Shown here piece after piece: positions 31,065-40,558 of a stretch of DNA of 64,000 nucleotides. This DNA comes from Gammaproteobacteria bacterium. GTDB taxonomy: Bacteria > Pseudomonadota > Gammaproteobacteria > Arenicellales > Poriferihabitantaceae. The stretch's first letter is position 1, and the number at the start of each line of letters is the position of its first letter. The translations under genes were made by a program, and so were the position numbers. The stretch is taken from the NCBI GenBank assembly GCA_047639475.1, contig JBLIOD010000007.1, positions 18,308-82,307 of the forward strand. Direction: 5' to 3'. The notes under the pieces were generated by a model. It searched no databases, was not told the DNA's origin, and worked only from the letters and a program-made list of their open reading frames with translations.

Positions 31065-33125
31065 ATGAAATCACTAAAAAACCTGCCTACTTCACTACAG
31101 TTTCTGGGATTACTGGTTGTTTTCTTCGCGCTTTGTATACTGGTGAACCCATCTGAATCGAATTACTTATGGAGGTTGCCTCCACTACTAAGTGCCGTTC
31201 CAGGAATAATCAATAACTCCGCTGAGTTTTTAATGTACGAATGGCTGCCTATTGATGTATACGACCCAGCTATTGAGGAGTATGAACAGCAGCCATTATT
31301 TAGAGAAATAACGCGTGGTATCTCAGGCGGCGTGCTTTTCTTAATTACGTTCATTCGGGAGATATTACTAGGTGGTGTAAAAACCATTGTCGCTTTCAGT
31401 AGCTGGAACTGGGTGGGCGAAAACAAATGGGCAAAGTGGCCCGCACTACCTTGGACAGTGATCGCCTTCGGCGCTACTATGCTGGCTTATAGACTAGGCG
31501 GAAAAGGACTGGCGTTGTTAACGGCTTGTGCAACGATATATATGTCTTTGTTTGGTCAATGGGAACCCACCATGCAAACCTTGTCTTTTGTATTGGTTGC
31601 AGCCCCTATATCAGTAGTGCTAGGTCTCTTGTTGGGGATTTGGGCTTATAAGAATAGTAAAGTTGAAATGGTATTGTCACCGCTGCTTAATGTTGCACAG
31701 ACCATGCCGCACTTTTCTTACTTGGTACCCATTACCGCATTTTTCGGCGTAGGAAATCACGCTGGTGCGATTGCCACTATTATTTTTGCAACGCCCCCCA
31801 TGGTGCGTTTGACTATACTGGGGCTGAGAAATATTCCTCCAGAAGTGATAGAAGCGGGAAGAATGAGCGGCTGCACTGAGTTTCAACTCATGTATAAGGT
31901 GCTTGTTCCTACTGCGAGAAGAGATATTCTGATCGGCGTTAACCAAGTCATTATGCAATGTTTGGCTATGTCAGTTATTGCCTCTTTTATCGGGGCAACA
32001 GGTCTGGGTTATAACTTACTGATTGCGTTGAACTCACTTAAAGTTGGTAAGGCGTTGGAAATGGGTCTTTGCATCGTTTTACTGGCGGTAGTTTTGGATA
32101 AAATGTCTCTGGCTTGGGCAAACAAGCAAACAGATTACTTTGCTGATTTGAGTTTTTTCGATCGCAATAAGTTCGCAATATACTTGGGGATTGCTTTAGT
32201 GGTGGGCTCCATTATTGCTTACATCGCTTCGTTTTTCTTTAAGGAAGGCTTTAATTACCTCTATATCGTGCCTACCGACAAAGGCTTCACCACGCATGAA
32301 TTCTGGCAAGCCGGCGTTGATTGGATATGGGATGCCTTCTTTTACCCCTTAAAGACGTTTAACGAATTCCTTATTGTGGAAATTCTGATTCCGATGAAGA
32401 ACGCCTATTTGGCGATGCCTGTAGTAGCGACTTTCGTATTGATAATGGGCACTGGCTATATAATCGGAGGGGTTAAATCTGCACTAATCGTGGGTAGTTT
32501 GTTATTATTTATCGCGCTTTCAGAGTACTGGGATAGGGCATTGATAACCGCTTACATGGCTTCATTCGCGGTTATTACAGCAACCATCATTGGCGTTACT
32601 GCGGGCACCTTATGCGCGCAAAATTCTTTTGCTAGCAAAAGCATTTTGCTGGTATGTGATTTCTTCCAAACCTTTCCGTCATTCATCTACTTGATTCCGG
32701 TGATTATGTTGTTTGGTGTCACCGATACATCGGTGCTTATTGCAGCGATTGTTTACGCCATGATACCCGCAACTCGTTACACCGTTGAAGGTTTGCGTGC
32801 AGTGCCCACAGCGTTACAAGACGCGGGGTCAATGTCTGGAGTAAACAGATTCCAGCGGTGGATTAGTATCGAGTTACCTTATGCGTTTCCACATATGCTA
32901 TTGGGGATAAATCAAACCGTGGTTTTCTCCTTGTTTATGGTCATTATAGGCGCATTCATTGGCACCACTGATCTTGGTCAACTTATCTTGAAAGCTTTGT
33001 CTGATAAACAAGGTATAGGTATTGGTTTGACTCTCGGCTTATGCGTTGCTTTTATCGGCTTGATTGCAGACCACCTAATTCGGACGTGGGCTGATAAGCG
33101 GAAAAAAGCACTGGGACTAGTTTAG
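31065..33125 (+). CDS. tmoW: Fused double-domain ABC permease (ProW-like x2), putative TmoW
   Basis: 686 aa with two tandem BPD-transporter cores (…AQTMPHFSYLVPITAFFG…EAGRMSGCTEFQ… and …FQTFPSFIYLIPVIMLFG…DAGSMSGVNRFQ…). Confidence 0.7.
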   Translation: MKSLKNLPTSLQFLGLLVVFFALCILVNPSESNYLWRLPPLLSAVPGIINNSAEFLMYEWLPIDVYDPAIEEYEQQPLFREITRGISGGVLFLITFIREILLGGVKTIVAFSSWNWVGENKWAKWPALPWTVIAFGATMLAYRLGGKGLALLTACATIYMSLFGQWEPTMQTLSFVLVAAPISVVLGLLLGIWAYKNSKVEMVLSPLLNVAQTMPHFSYLVPITAFFGVGNHAGAIATIIFATPPMVRLTILGLRNIPPEVIEAGRMSGCTEFQLMYKVLVPTARRDILIGVNQVIMQCLAMSVIASFIGATGLGYNLLIALNSLKVGKALEMGLCIVLLAVVLDKMSLAWANKQTDYFADLSFFDRNKFAIYLGIALVVGSIIAYIASFFFKEGFNYLYIVPTDKGFTTHEFWQAGVDWIWDAFFYPLKTFNEFLIVEILIPMKNAYLAMPVVATFVLIMGTGYIIGGVKSALIVGSLLLFIALSEYWDRALITAYMASFAVITATIIGVTAGTLCAQNSFASKSILLVCDFFQTFPSFIYLIPVIMLFGVTDTSVLIAAIVYAMIPATRYTVEGLRAVPTALQDAGSMSGVNRFQRWISIELPYAFPHMLLGINQTVVFSLFMVIIGAFIGTTDLGQLILKALSDKQGIGIGLTLGLCVAFIGLIADHLIRTWADKRKKALGLV

Positions 33126-33168
33126 TCCTTTCCATAAAATTTTAACCTTTTTACACTAGGGCACAGTT

Positions 33169-35538
33169 ATGTCTATAGCACTTGAGTTGAAACGCTCAAA
33201 CGAAATCCTAACACCGGGTCTTTTTGGTACTGATCTTGGTAGTGAACGACACCGAGTAGAAGGGGGTGGCGCGGTGGCTCTACCCATCTACGCAGGTGAT
33301 TTTATCGAGATTGTCGACAAGCAGGGCAGACAGTCGGTTTGCGTTGCAGGCTTTGACAGTTTGGGCGCGGCCCGCACTGCTGAGCTTGGCTTACAACCCA
33401 ATGCAAAAGGCGACTTGATACAAGCATGCTTTTTAAATGGTGGTACTGGAGCTGATCGATTAGAGGCGAAATTAAAAGCAGTGAATATTGATTTGCCCAA
33501 TTCACCTGTAGCGCACCTGTTAACCGACGAAACCCCAGCTGGTTCTTCCGTCACTTTCACAGCGGAAACGGATTTACTGACGATTATTTGCGCCCCCGGC
33601 GCCCCCATGTCGTTTGCCGGCACGGGGATAGATTTGCCGGCAACAGAAGTAATAGTCTACATTCGACGCGCTAATATTCAGCAAGCAGCTGATTTTGCGC
33701 TGCCAGATCCTTTAGCCGATCCAATGGATGAAATAAGGGTTCACGCAAGTACTGCAGTTGCCTACGAAGTTAAACAAGGCGACTATATTCAAATTCAAGA
33801 TGTTGCAGGGCGGCAGTGTTCTGATTTTCAGTGTTTTAGCGCTGAGAAGCTTGATCAAGGAATAGAGCGTAGTCTAGACGCGACAGCGACTCGTTCTATG
33901 ATGGGTTCGGTTTATCCTGGTCCAGGCTTGAATTCAAAGTTTTATGATACCGACCTAGAGCCGTTGATCCAAGTAGTACAAGATACCTGCGGTAGACACG
34001 ATAGTTTTGGTGTGGCTTGTACTTCCAAGTACTATGATGAAGCAGGTTATCCAGGCCATGTAAATTGTTCCGACAACTTCAATAGAGTCCTTGATCCTTA
34101 TCCGGTCGGTAAACGTAAAGGTTGGATGGCGATGAACTTGTTTTTTAACACCTTCTTTGATGATAACTTTCAGCTGTTGTTTGATGACCCTTGGTCAAGG
34201 CCAGGTGACTTTGTGCTAATGAAAGCGCTAAAAGATTTGGTCTGCCTTACATCAGCTTGCCCTTGTGATATCGACGCCGCAAACGGCTGGGTTCCAACTG
34301 ATATACATGTAAGAACCTATAGTAAAACCAACTTATTCAAGCAAGCAATTGCTTATCGTAAAACCACAGACGCACCACCTGTTATGACACAAGAAACTGG
34401 ATTCCACGCACGTACATCTCTGCACACTAGAAACTTCGTTGAGTACAATGGCTATTGGTTAGCCAATAATTTCACTAAGTATGGCGCTCTCGAAGAATAT
34501 TGGGCGTGCCGCAAAGGCGTTGTTATGACTGACCTATCGCCACTTCGTAAATATGAAGTTGTTGGCCCTGATGCAGAATTGCTTATGCAAACCTGTGTCA
34601 CTCGGGATATTCGTAAACTCGCGGTTGGGCAAGTTGTTTACACGGGCATCTGTTACCCCAACGGCGGCATGATTGATGATGGCACCGTATTTAGAATTGG
34701 TAAAGATAATTTCCGTTGGATTGGCGGTTGTGAAAGTTCGGGTGATTGGATTAGAACCCAAGCAACGGAGTTAGGATTGCGGGCATGGGTTAAAAACTCT
34801 ACTCCAGACATGTGTAATCTACAAGTTCAAGGCCCCAAAAGCCTTGATACTTTGAGAGACATCATTTGGACCCGTGAGGATCAAGCGAGGATAGATGAGC
34901 TAGGCTGTTTTAAGTTTTCTATTGCGCGAGTTGGTGGAGAGTTAGGTATTCCAATTCTAGTTTCTAGAACAGGTTATACCGGAGAGCAAGGCTACGAAAT
35001 ATTCTGTCATCCTTCTGATGGTCCCGCAGTATGGGATGCGGTATGGGAAGCAGGGCAGCCTTTCGACGTCAAGCCATTAGGCCTAGAAGCTTTGGACATG
35101 CTGAGGATTGAAGCAGGTTTAATTTTTGCTGGTTATGAATTTTGTGACCAAACAGATCCGTTTGAAGCCGGTATTGGATTTACCGTGCCACTAAAGACAA
35201 AAGAAGATGACTTTATCGGGAAAGATGCACTTATCAAGCGCAAGGCGACGCCGCAACGTAAGCTCGTTGGTTTAGAGCTTAACGGCGGCGAAATTGCGGG
35301 TAACGGCGATGGTGTATTCGTAGGGCGAAATCAAGTAGGTCAGATCACCAGTGGTGTTATGTCTCCTATCTTGGGCAAGAACATCGCGCTATGTAGAATG
35401 TCAGTGGGTTATACCAAGCCGGGAACAAAAGTTGAAGTGGGCAAGCTAGATGGGCATCAGAAACGGATACCGGCGGAAGTAACAAAGTTTCCACACTTTG
35501 ATCCAACAAAAGAAAGAGTGCGGGGCAACTACGAGTAG
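33169..35538 (+). CDS. tdm: DUF1989 + GcvT-domain fusion, putative trimethylamine N-oxide demethylase
   Basis: 789 aa. The central DUF1989-like region has a Cys-rich block (GRQCSDFQCF...DSFGVACTSKYY...CLTSACPCDID). The C-terminal aminomethyltransferase/THF-binding fold has SPLRKYEVVGPDA and YTGEQGYEIF blocks. This architecture matches published Tdm. Confidence 0.75.
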   Translation: MSIALELKRSNEILTPGLFGTDLGSERHRVEGGGAVALPIYAGDFIEIVDKQGRQSVCVAGFDSLGAARTAELGLQPNAKGDLIQACFLNGGTGADRLEAKLKAVNIDLPNSPVAHLLTDETPAGSSVTFTAETDLLTIICAPGAPMSFAGTGIDLPATEVIVYIRRANIQQAADFALPDPLADPMDEIRVHASTAVAYEVKQGDYIQIQDVAGRQCSDFQCFSAEKLDQGIERSLDATATRSMMGSVYPGPGLNSKFYDTDLEPLIQVVQDTCGRHDSFGVACTSKYYDEAGYPGHVNCSDNFNRVLDPYPVGKRKGWMAMNLFFNTFFDDNFQLLFDDPWSRPGDFVLMKALKDLVCLTSACPCDIDAANGWVPTDIHVRTYSKTNLFKQAIAYRKTTDAPPVMTQETGFHARTSLHTRNFVEYNGYWLANNFTKYGALEEYWACRKGVVMTDLSPLRKYEVVGPDAELLMQTCVTRDIRKLAVGQVVYTGICYPNGGMIDDGTVFRIGKDNFRWIGGCESSGDWIRTQATELGLRAWVKNSTPDMCNLQVQGPKSLDTLRDIIWTREDQARIDELGCFKFSIARVGGELGIPILVSRTGYTGEQGYEIFCHPSDGPAVWDAVWEAGQPFDVKPLGLEALDMLRIEAGLIFAGYEFCDQTDPFEAGIGFTVPLKTKEDDFIGKDALIKRKATPQRKLVGLELNGGEIAGNGDGVFVGRNQVGQITSGVMSPILGKNIALCRMSVGYTKPGTKVEVGKLDGHQKRIPAEVTKFPHFDPTKERVRGNYE

Positions 35539-35561
35539 TCATTTGTTTTTTCGTTACGCAC

Positions 35562-35592
35562 AAAAAAGCCGAACATTAGTTCGGCTTTTTTT
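35562..35592. terminator. Bidirectional rho-independent terminator between tdm and the convergent ABC operon
   Basis: AAAAAAGCCGAAC-ATTA-GTTCGGCTTTTTTT. Confidence 0.85.
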
Positions 35593-35612
35593 ATATCTAA
35601 CTACTTATAGCG

Positions 35613-36638
35613 TTACGACCTAAGTACCTTTAGTAATTCCTTCTCAGTTACGTAACCGACAATGTCATTGTTGTCTCCAGTAATCGCTACCGGATTTTTA
35701 GTTTCTAATACGATGGGTAAAAAATCCTCTACGACCATATTGTGATCTACCGTAGGAAGTTCACTTAATTTTATATGAGAGCCAGCAGTGTCAGCAGCGT
35801 GCATAATGGTTCTCGCCCGAATGACTTTTGAGCGGTTCACATCCTTAACAAAAGCTTCTACATAATCATCGGCAGGGTTCATCAGGATATCTTCTGGCTT
35901 GCCATTTTGGACTAAACGACCGCCATTTAAAATCGCAATTTGATCACCTAAACGCAAGGCTTCGTCTAAGTCATGGGTAATGAAAATAATGGTTTTGTGT
36001 AGCTCCTTTTGCAACTCAATCAATTGGCTTTGCATGTCACTACGTATAAGCGGGTCTAAGGCACTGAAAGCTTCATCCATTAGCAACACTTCAGAATCGG
36101 TTGCCAGAGCGCGAGCCAGCCCCACGCGTTGTTGCATGCCGCCTGAGAGTTGCGACGGAAACTGATTCTCGAAACCGCTTAAGCCGACTAGTTCGATTTG
36201 TTTCATCGCTTTATCTCTTATCACATCTTCGGCGACTTTCTGTACTTGTAAACCGTAGCCGACATTTTGCAATACTGTGCGATGCGGAAACAGACCAAAG
36301 CGTTGAAATACCATGCTCATCTGCTTGCGACGAAACTCAATCAATTGGTCTTGATCAAGGTCCATCACGTTTTGTCCATCAACCAAAATTTCACCTGCGG
36401 TCGGTTCGATCAATCTGTTGATATGGCGGATTAGCGTTGATTTTCCAGAGCCAGATAAACCCATCACGACTGATGTCTTGCCTTTCTCCATCGGCATGCT
36501 GACGTTGTCTAAGCCCACGGTATGGCCAGTCTGTTCTAATACTTCAGTTTTAGTTGCCCCTTCTTTTACCATAGGTAAAATAGATTGAGGATCATCACCA
36601 AATATCTTGTAGATGTTTTTTATTTCTATTTTATTCAT
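35613..36638 (-). CDS. ABC transporter ATP-binding protein (ProV/OpuAA-like)
   Basis: 341 aa with Walker A GLSGSGKST, signature LSGGMQQRV, Walker B VLLMDEAFSALD and a CBS-like tail. Confidence 0.85.
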   Translation of the reverse strand: MNKIEIKNIYKIFGDDPQSILPMVKEGATKTEVLEQTGHTVGLDNVSMPMEKGKTSVVMGLSGSGKSTLIRHINRLIEPTAGEILVDGQNVMDLDQDQLIEFRRKQMSMVFQRFGLFPHRTVLQNVGYGLQVQKVAEDVIRDKAMKQIELVGLSGFENQFPSQLSGGMQQRVGLARALATDSEVLLMDEAFSALDPLIRSDMQSQLIELQKELHKTIIFITHDLDEALRLGDQIAILNGGRLVQNGKPEDILMNPADDYVEAFVKDVNRSKVIRARTIMHAADTAGSHIKLSELPTVDHNMVVEDFLPIVLETKNPVAITGDNNDIVGYVTEKELLKVLRS

Positions 36639-36641
36639 CTT

Positions 36642-37652
36642 TTAATCCTGTTTAGTGTGGGCGCGTTCTTGTAATCGTTCGCCATAGGACTGCGTAATAC
36701 GATCAAAAATAATTGCTAATAGCACGATGGCGATACCTGACTCCGCGGCTCGGCCAACATTAAGCTGCTGTAGTCCAAGCAATACTTCTGATCCGATACC
36801 ACGGGTGCCGATCATAGAAGCGATAACTACCATCGCCAAAGCCATCAACGTCGTTTGGTTAATGCCTTGCATGATGTTGGGCAAAGCCAAGGGTAACTGC
36901 ACATCGAAAAGCTTTTGTTTGCGGGTGGCACCGAAGGAATCGGCTGCTTCCATCACTTCTTCGTCAACTAAACGAATGCCTAAGTCAGTCAGACGTGCAA
37001 CAGGCGGCACAGCGTATATAAACGTTGCAATGATTGCAGGAACAGCACCTAATCCAAATAGCATAATGCCCGGGATGAGATAACAAAATGCCGGGATGGT
37101 TTGCATTAGATCAAGGACCGGCAGAATTAGTGTCCGAAAGCGTTCACTTCGAGCCATTTTAATGCCTACTGGAAGTCCGATGACTAAGCATAACATTATC
37201 GAAACCAGCATTATCGCTGTGGTCTGTAAGGTTAGGTCCCAAAACTTGGGGCTAAGAAAACCGATTAAAAACAAACATACTGCTACCAGTATAGTGGTTC
37301 CTTTTTTTCCACCACTGGCGAACCATGCGACCGCAGCGAACAAGCCAATTACGATTGGCCAAGGAAGGAAAGTTAGAAGGTTTTGCATCTGTGATAAGAC
37401 GTAAACCAAGGAGTTATTAATGATGTCGAAAAACCAACCTAAGTTGGTGGTTAGCCATTTAATGCCGTCGTTAAACCAAGACTGCATAGGAATGTCCATC
37501 CATCTCGGCCATTTGTTAAACCACTCAAAACTGGCGAAGTAGGTCAACGCGGACTCTTCAGGTGCAAAACGGTTAGTGTTAAAGGCGTAGGCGATTAAAA
37601 ATAAAATTAAGGCCAGCCCGCCCCAGGAAAGAATTGGTTTGAGTTTGTTCAT
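36642..37652 (-). CDS. ABC transporter permease (ProW/OpuAB-like)
   Basis: 336 aa, polytopic, with a BPD-transporter core (MQTIPAFCYLIPGIMLFG...EAADSFGATRKQ). Confidence 0.85.
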   Translation of the reverse strand: MNKLKPILSWGGLALILFLIAYAFNTNRFAPEESALTYFASFEWFNKWPRWMDIPMQSWFNDGIKWLTTNLGWFFDIINNSLVYVLSQMQNLLTFLPWPIVIGLFAAVAWFASGGKKGTTILVAVCLFLIGFLSPKFWDLTLQTTAIMLVSIMLCLVIGLPVGIKMARSERFRTLILPVLDLMQTIPAFCYLIPGIMLFGLGAVPAIIATFIYAVPPVARLTDLGIRLVDEEVMEAADSFGATRKQKLFDVQLPLALPNIMQGINQTTLMALAMVVIASMIGTRGIGSEVLLGLQQLNVGRAAESGIAIVLLAIIFDRITQSYGERLQERAHTKQD

Positions 37653-37787
37653 AGTTCTAGTCGTTTAGAAGTCTATTTGGAGTTGAGTAACAAGCAGTGA
37701 GTGAAATGCTTAGCTTGTTGACTATTCGGTGTTAAGCGTGGTGCTTCAACCGAGTAGTAGAGGATGTCGTGTACTTAAAAGCAGGTT

Positions 37788-37816
37788 AAAAAAAATGGAG
37801 GGATAAATCCCTCCAC
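37788..37816 (-). terminator. Rho-independent terminator downstream of the binding-protein gene
   Basis: The minus strand reads GGAGGGATTTATCCCTCC followed by a T-run. Confidence 0.7.
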
Positions 37817-37844
37817 CTTTTATCTAACCTAAGTCGAGACTCTA

Positions 37845-38867
37845 TTAAAGCGCAGCCTTAACTTTCGCAGCTACATCTGCAGGTACCCAGCTTTCCCAGT
37901 CTGAAGAAGTCTTCAAAAAGTGCATTGCTGTGATGTCTGCTTCACCGTCTGCTTCGTTTAAGTAATGATCTAGTAACGCACTTACGCCCGCTGACGAGAT
38001 GGTGTAGTTCTTAAAAAACTCAACCACTTCTGGTTCGTCTGCATCAAGACGTGTGCTGATGCCGATAGGCAATGCCATGTCATTATAGGCCGTTGCTGCA
38101 ACCATGGTCAGTGCTTCAGGGCCGTCGGCTTTTACTGTATCTACAACTTTCATCATCTCAGCCCATACGTCTGCATCAAATGCAGGCTCTTCAAGCTTCA
38201 CTAATTCAACGGAACCCATCAATGCTGTTGGCTCCCAGTAGTATGTGAAAACGGGTGTGCCTTTGTCGAAGCCGCCTTTGATAGCTGCATCTAATGCACC
38301 ACCATTGCCCGGATCGAAGTTAGTATAGTACTCGTCTAAACCGTATGACTTGTGCTTAACCAAGTTAATTGTGTAGCATGTCCAACCACCGATACAGCTA
38401 GTCATTCGACCTTTGTCTGGATTTTCAGGGTCTTTGAAAAGCGCTGCAATTTCAGGTGTCTTCATGTCTTCAACCGACTTAATGCCGTGAGCATCTGCAG
38501 TGGTCTTATCAATGTAGAAGCCCTGGGCTGAGTCAGGTGTGTTAACGCCTACACGTCGTACTTTGCCTGCTGCTTCTGCAGGGTCAAATTGGTCGATGAT
38601 GTTGTCATACCAAACTTCCATCACCACGTCTAAGTCTTGCTCGTATAGTGAAGCCATGATTGGAATAGTACTACCGGTAGTCGTCTTTACGTCACAGCCG
38701 TAGCCGTTTTCTAGAATGAACGTGCCGATTGCAGAGTGTAATTTAGCGCTGTTCCAGTCGAAATCACCTAGTTCTATTGTGCCACAATCAGCTTGTGCTG
38801 CATTGCTTAGACCGAACATTAATCCGCCTAATAGAGTTAAAGCTTTTAGAGTTTTACGTTGTTGCAT
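37845..38867 (-). CDS. Glycine betaine/choline-family periplasmic binding protein (substrate unknown)
   Basis: 340 aa with a signal peptide (LTLLGGLMFGLSNAAQA) and an OpuAC-like fold. First gene of a binding protein / permease / ATPase operon. Confidence 0.8.
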   Translation of the reverse strand: MQQRKTLKALTLLGGLMFGLSNAAQADCGTIELGDFDWNSAKLHSAIGTFILENGYGCDVKTTTGSTIPIMASLYEQDLDVVMEVWYDNIIDQFDPAEAAGKVRRVGVNTPDSAQGFYIDKTTADAHGIKSVEDMKTPEIAALFKDPENPDKGRMTSCIGGWTCYTINLVKHKSYGLDEYYTNFDPGNGGALDAAIKGGFDKGTPVFTYYWEPTALMGSVELVKLEEPAFDADVWAEMMKVVDTVKADGPEALTMVAATAYNDMALPIGISTRLDADEPEVVEFFKNYTISSAGVSALLDHYLNEADGEADITAMHFLKTSSDWESWVPADVAAKVKAAL

Positions 38868-39136
38868 TCATTTCTCCTCGTATGTTTTGAATTAGCACGC
38901 AAAGGAATAACTAAAGATAAACGATACGTGCTACTAAATTGACTTGAGGCGAGCTGTTTATAGTATAGGTTGGCACCTATTGATTAATACTCGACTCAGT
39001 TCAGCCCATAGTCTGCCATGAAAAGGGGCGCGAGATGAACCCCTATAAGGTCATAAGTGCGGTTAATAGCGACATTTCACGTGCAATGGTCGGTGCAAAC
39101 GGCCGCCTTCGGTGTTGCTGTGGGATACTTAGAACA

Positions 39137-39174
39137 TAAAAAAGCCTAACAACGAACCATTGCGTTGTTAGGCT
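39137..39174 (-). terminator. Rho-independent terminator downstream of the 2-hydroxyacid dehydrogenase gene
   Basis: 12-bp perfect stem AGCCTAACAACG / CGTTGTTAGGCT, followed by a T-run on the minus strand. Confidence 0.8.
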
Positions 39175-39191
39175 TGTGAGGCGAAGTGGCT

Positions 39192-40163
39192 TTATACGAC
39201 TTTGTCGCCAGGTATATTTCCTGCGAAATAAGCACGCAAATTATCAACAACACGCATGCCCATTGCCACGCGAGTTTCGGTTGTAGCGCTACCTAAGTGA
39301 GGTAATAACACCACGTTTTCCATGCTGGCGAGTTCTTCTGAAACTTTAGGTTCAAATTCGTATACATCTAAACCGGCGCCGGCAATTTGGCCGCTTTTCA
39401 ATGCATCCACTAACGCTTGCTCTTCGATGACGTCACCGCGTGCAGTATTAATGACATAAGCGCCCGGCTTCATTTTACCAAAGGCTTCAGCATTGATTAA
39501 ATGGTGAGTTGTTTCGCCGCCTGGGCAATGCAAAGTGATGAAATCAGCATTGGCATAGACTTCATCAGGCGAATTACACTGAGTTGCATTCAAGCCTTCA
39601 AGGTCTGCTGCTGTAGGTGGGAAGGGGTCATGAAAAATAATATTCATACCAAAGCCCTGCGCGGCGCGCTGTGCGACTGCACGGGCAATACGGCCCATGC
39701 CGATAAAGCCCAAGGTTTTTCCTGTCACGCTGGTGCCCATCATGTGAGTGGGGCGCCAACCCGTCCATTCATTGCCTCTAACGTGTCGCTCGCCTTCGCC
39801 AGCGCGTCTGGCAATCATGAGCATCAGTGTCATCGCCAAATCAGCGGTACAGTCGGTTAATACTTCGGGAGTATTGGTCACCGTCAATCCAGCTGCTTTT
39901 GCGGCATCGAGGTCAATATGATTGAAACCAACACCATTGCTGGCCAAAATGGTTGCCTTCATATTGGTTGCGCCCAATACTTCGGCGTCAATTTTGTCGG
40001 ATACTGTAGGGCAAACCGCATCGGCAGTTTGTAAAGCTTCATGCAGCTCACTGACTGTCATGGGTACATCGGATAAATTTAAGGTGGTGTCGAACTCCTT
40101 CACCAAGATGTCTTCAACTTCTTGTGGCCATCTTCGGGTTACGACAATCTTGGGCTTGCTCAT
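39192..40163 (-). CDS. D-isomer-specific 2-hydroxyacid dehydrogenase (glyoxylate/hydroxypyruvate reductase candidate)
   Basis: NAD-binding GFIGMGRIARAV and a catalytic-domain RGD...HLGS block. I prefer the ATG at 40163 (MSKPKIVVTRR...) over the TTG at 40178. Confidence 0.75.
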   Translation of the reverse strand: MSKPKIVVTRRWPQEVEDILVKEFDTTLNLSDVPMTVSELHEALQTADAVCPTVSDKIDAEVLGATNMKATILASNGVGFNHIDLDAAKAAGLTVTNTPEVLTDCTADLAMTLMLMIARRAGEGERHVRGNEWTGWRPTHMMGTSVTGKTLGFIGMGRIARAVAQRAAQGFGMNIIFHDPFPPTAADLEGLNATQCNSPDEVYANADFITLHCPGGETTHHLINAEAFGKMKPGAYVINTARGDVIEEQALVDALKSGQIAGAGLDVYEFEPKVSEELASMENVVLLPHLGSATTETRVAMGMRVVDNLRAYFAGNIPGDKVV

Positions 40164-40558
40164 AATGTGTGCTCTCAATAGTTAGGTTATTTAAAATAGC
40201 GTAAAGTTGGCCGAAAAACCTAGCGCAACCTAGTGATTAATTTTGCATTGACTTGGGGGCGCTGTAAAGCAATGGTTGCCCGACTATCTATAAAACTTGT
40301 TGATAGCGACATTGGTTTTGTTGTGGTCTAGTCGGTAGTCATAAGGAACACCCAAGAGTAGGTATAAACAAGGCTTTATGGTTATAAGAAGGCACTAAAT
40401 TTGCCCCTATTTTGGTTCATTACTGGCTCACTTATGGTGGGGTATTTGCCTTGTTTCGCTGCTAAGATTGGCGCATTATTTTCTAGTGTTTCTCAGTATA
40501 GACAGAGAAGCAAATACCCGAACGAATTTACAACTTTCAACTCTTTATAGGTGATAGC

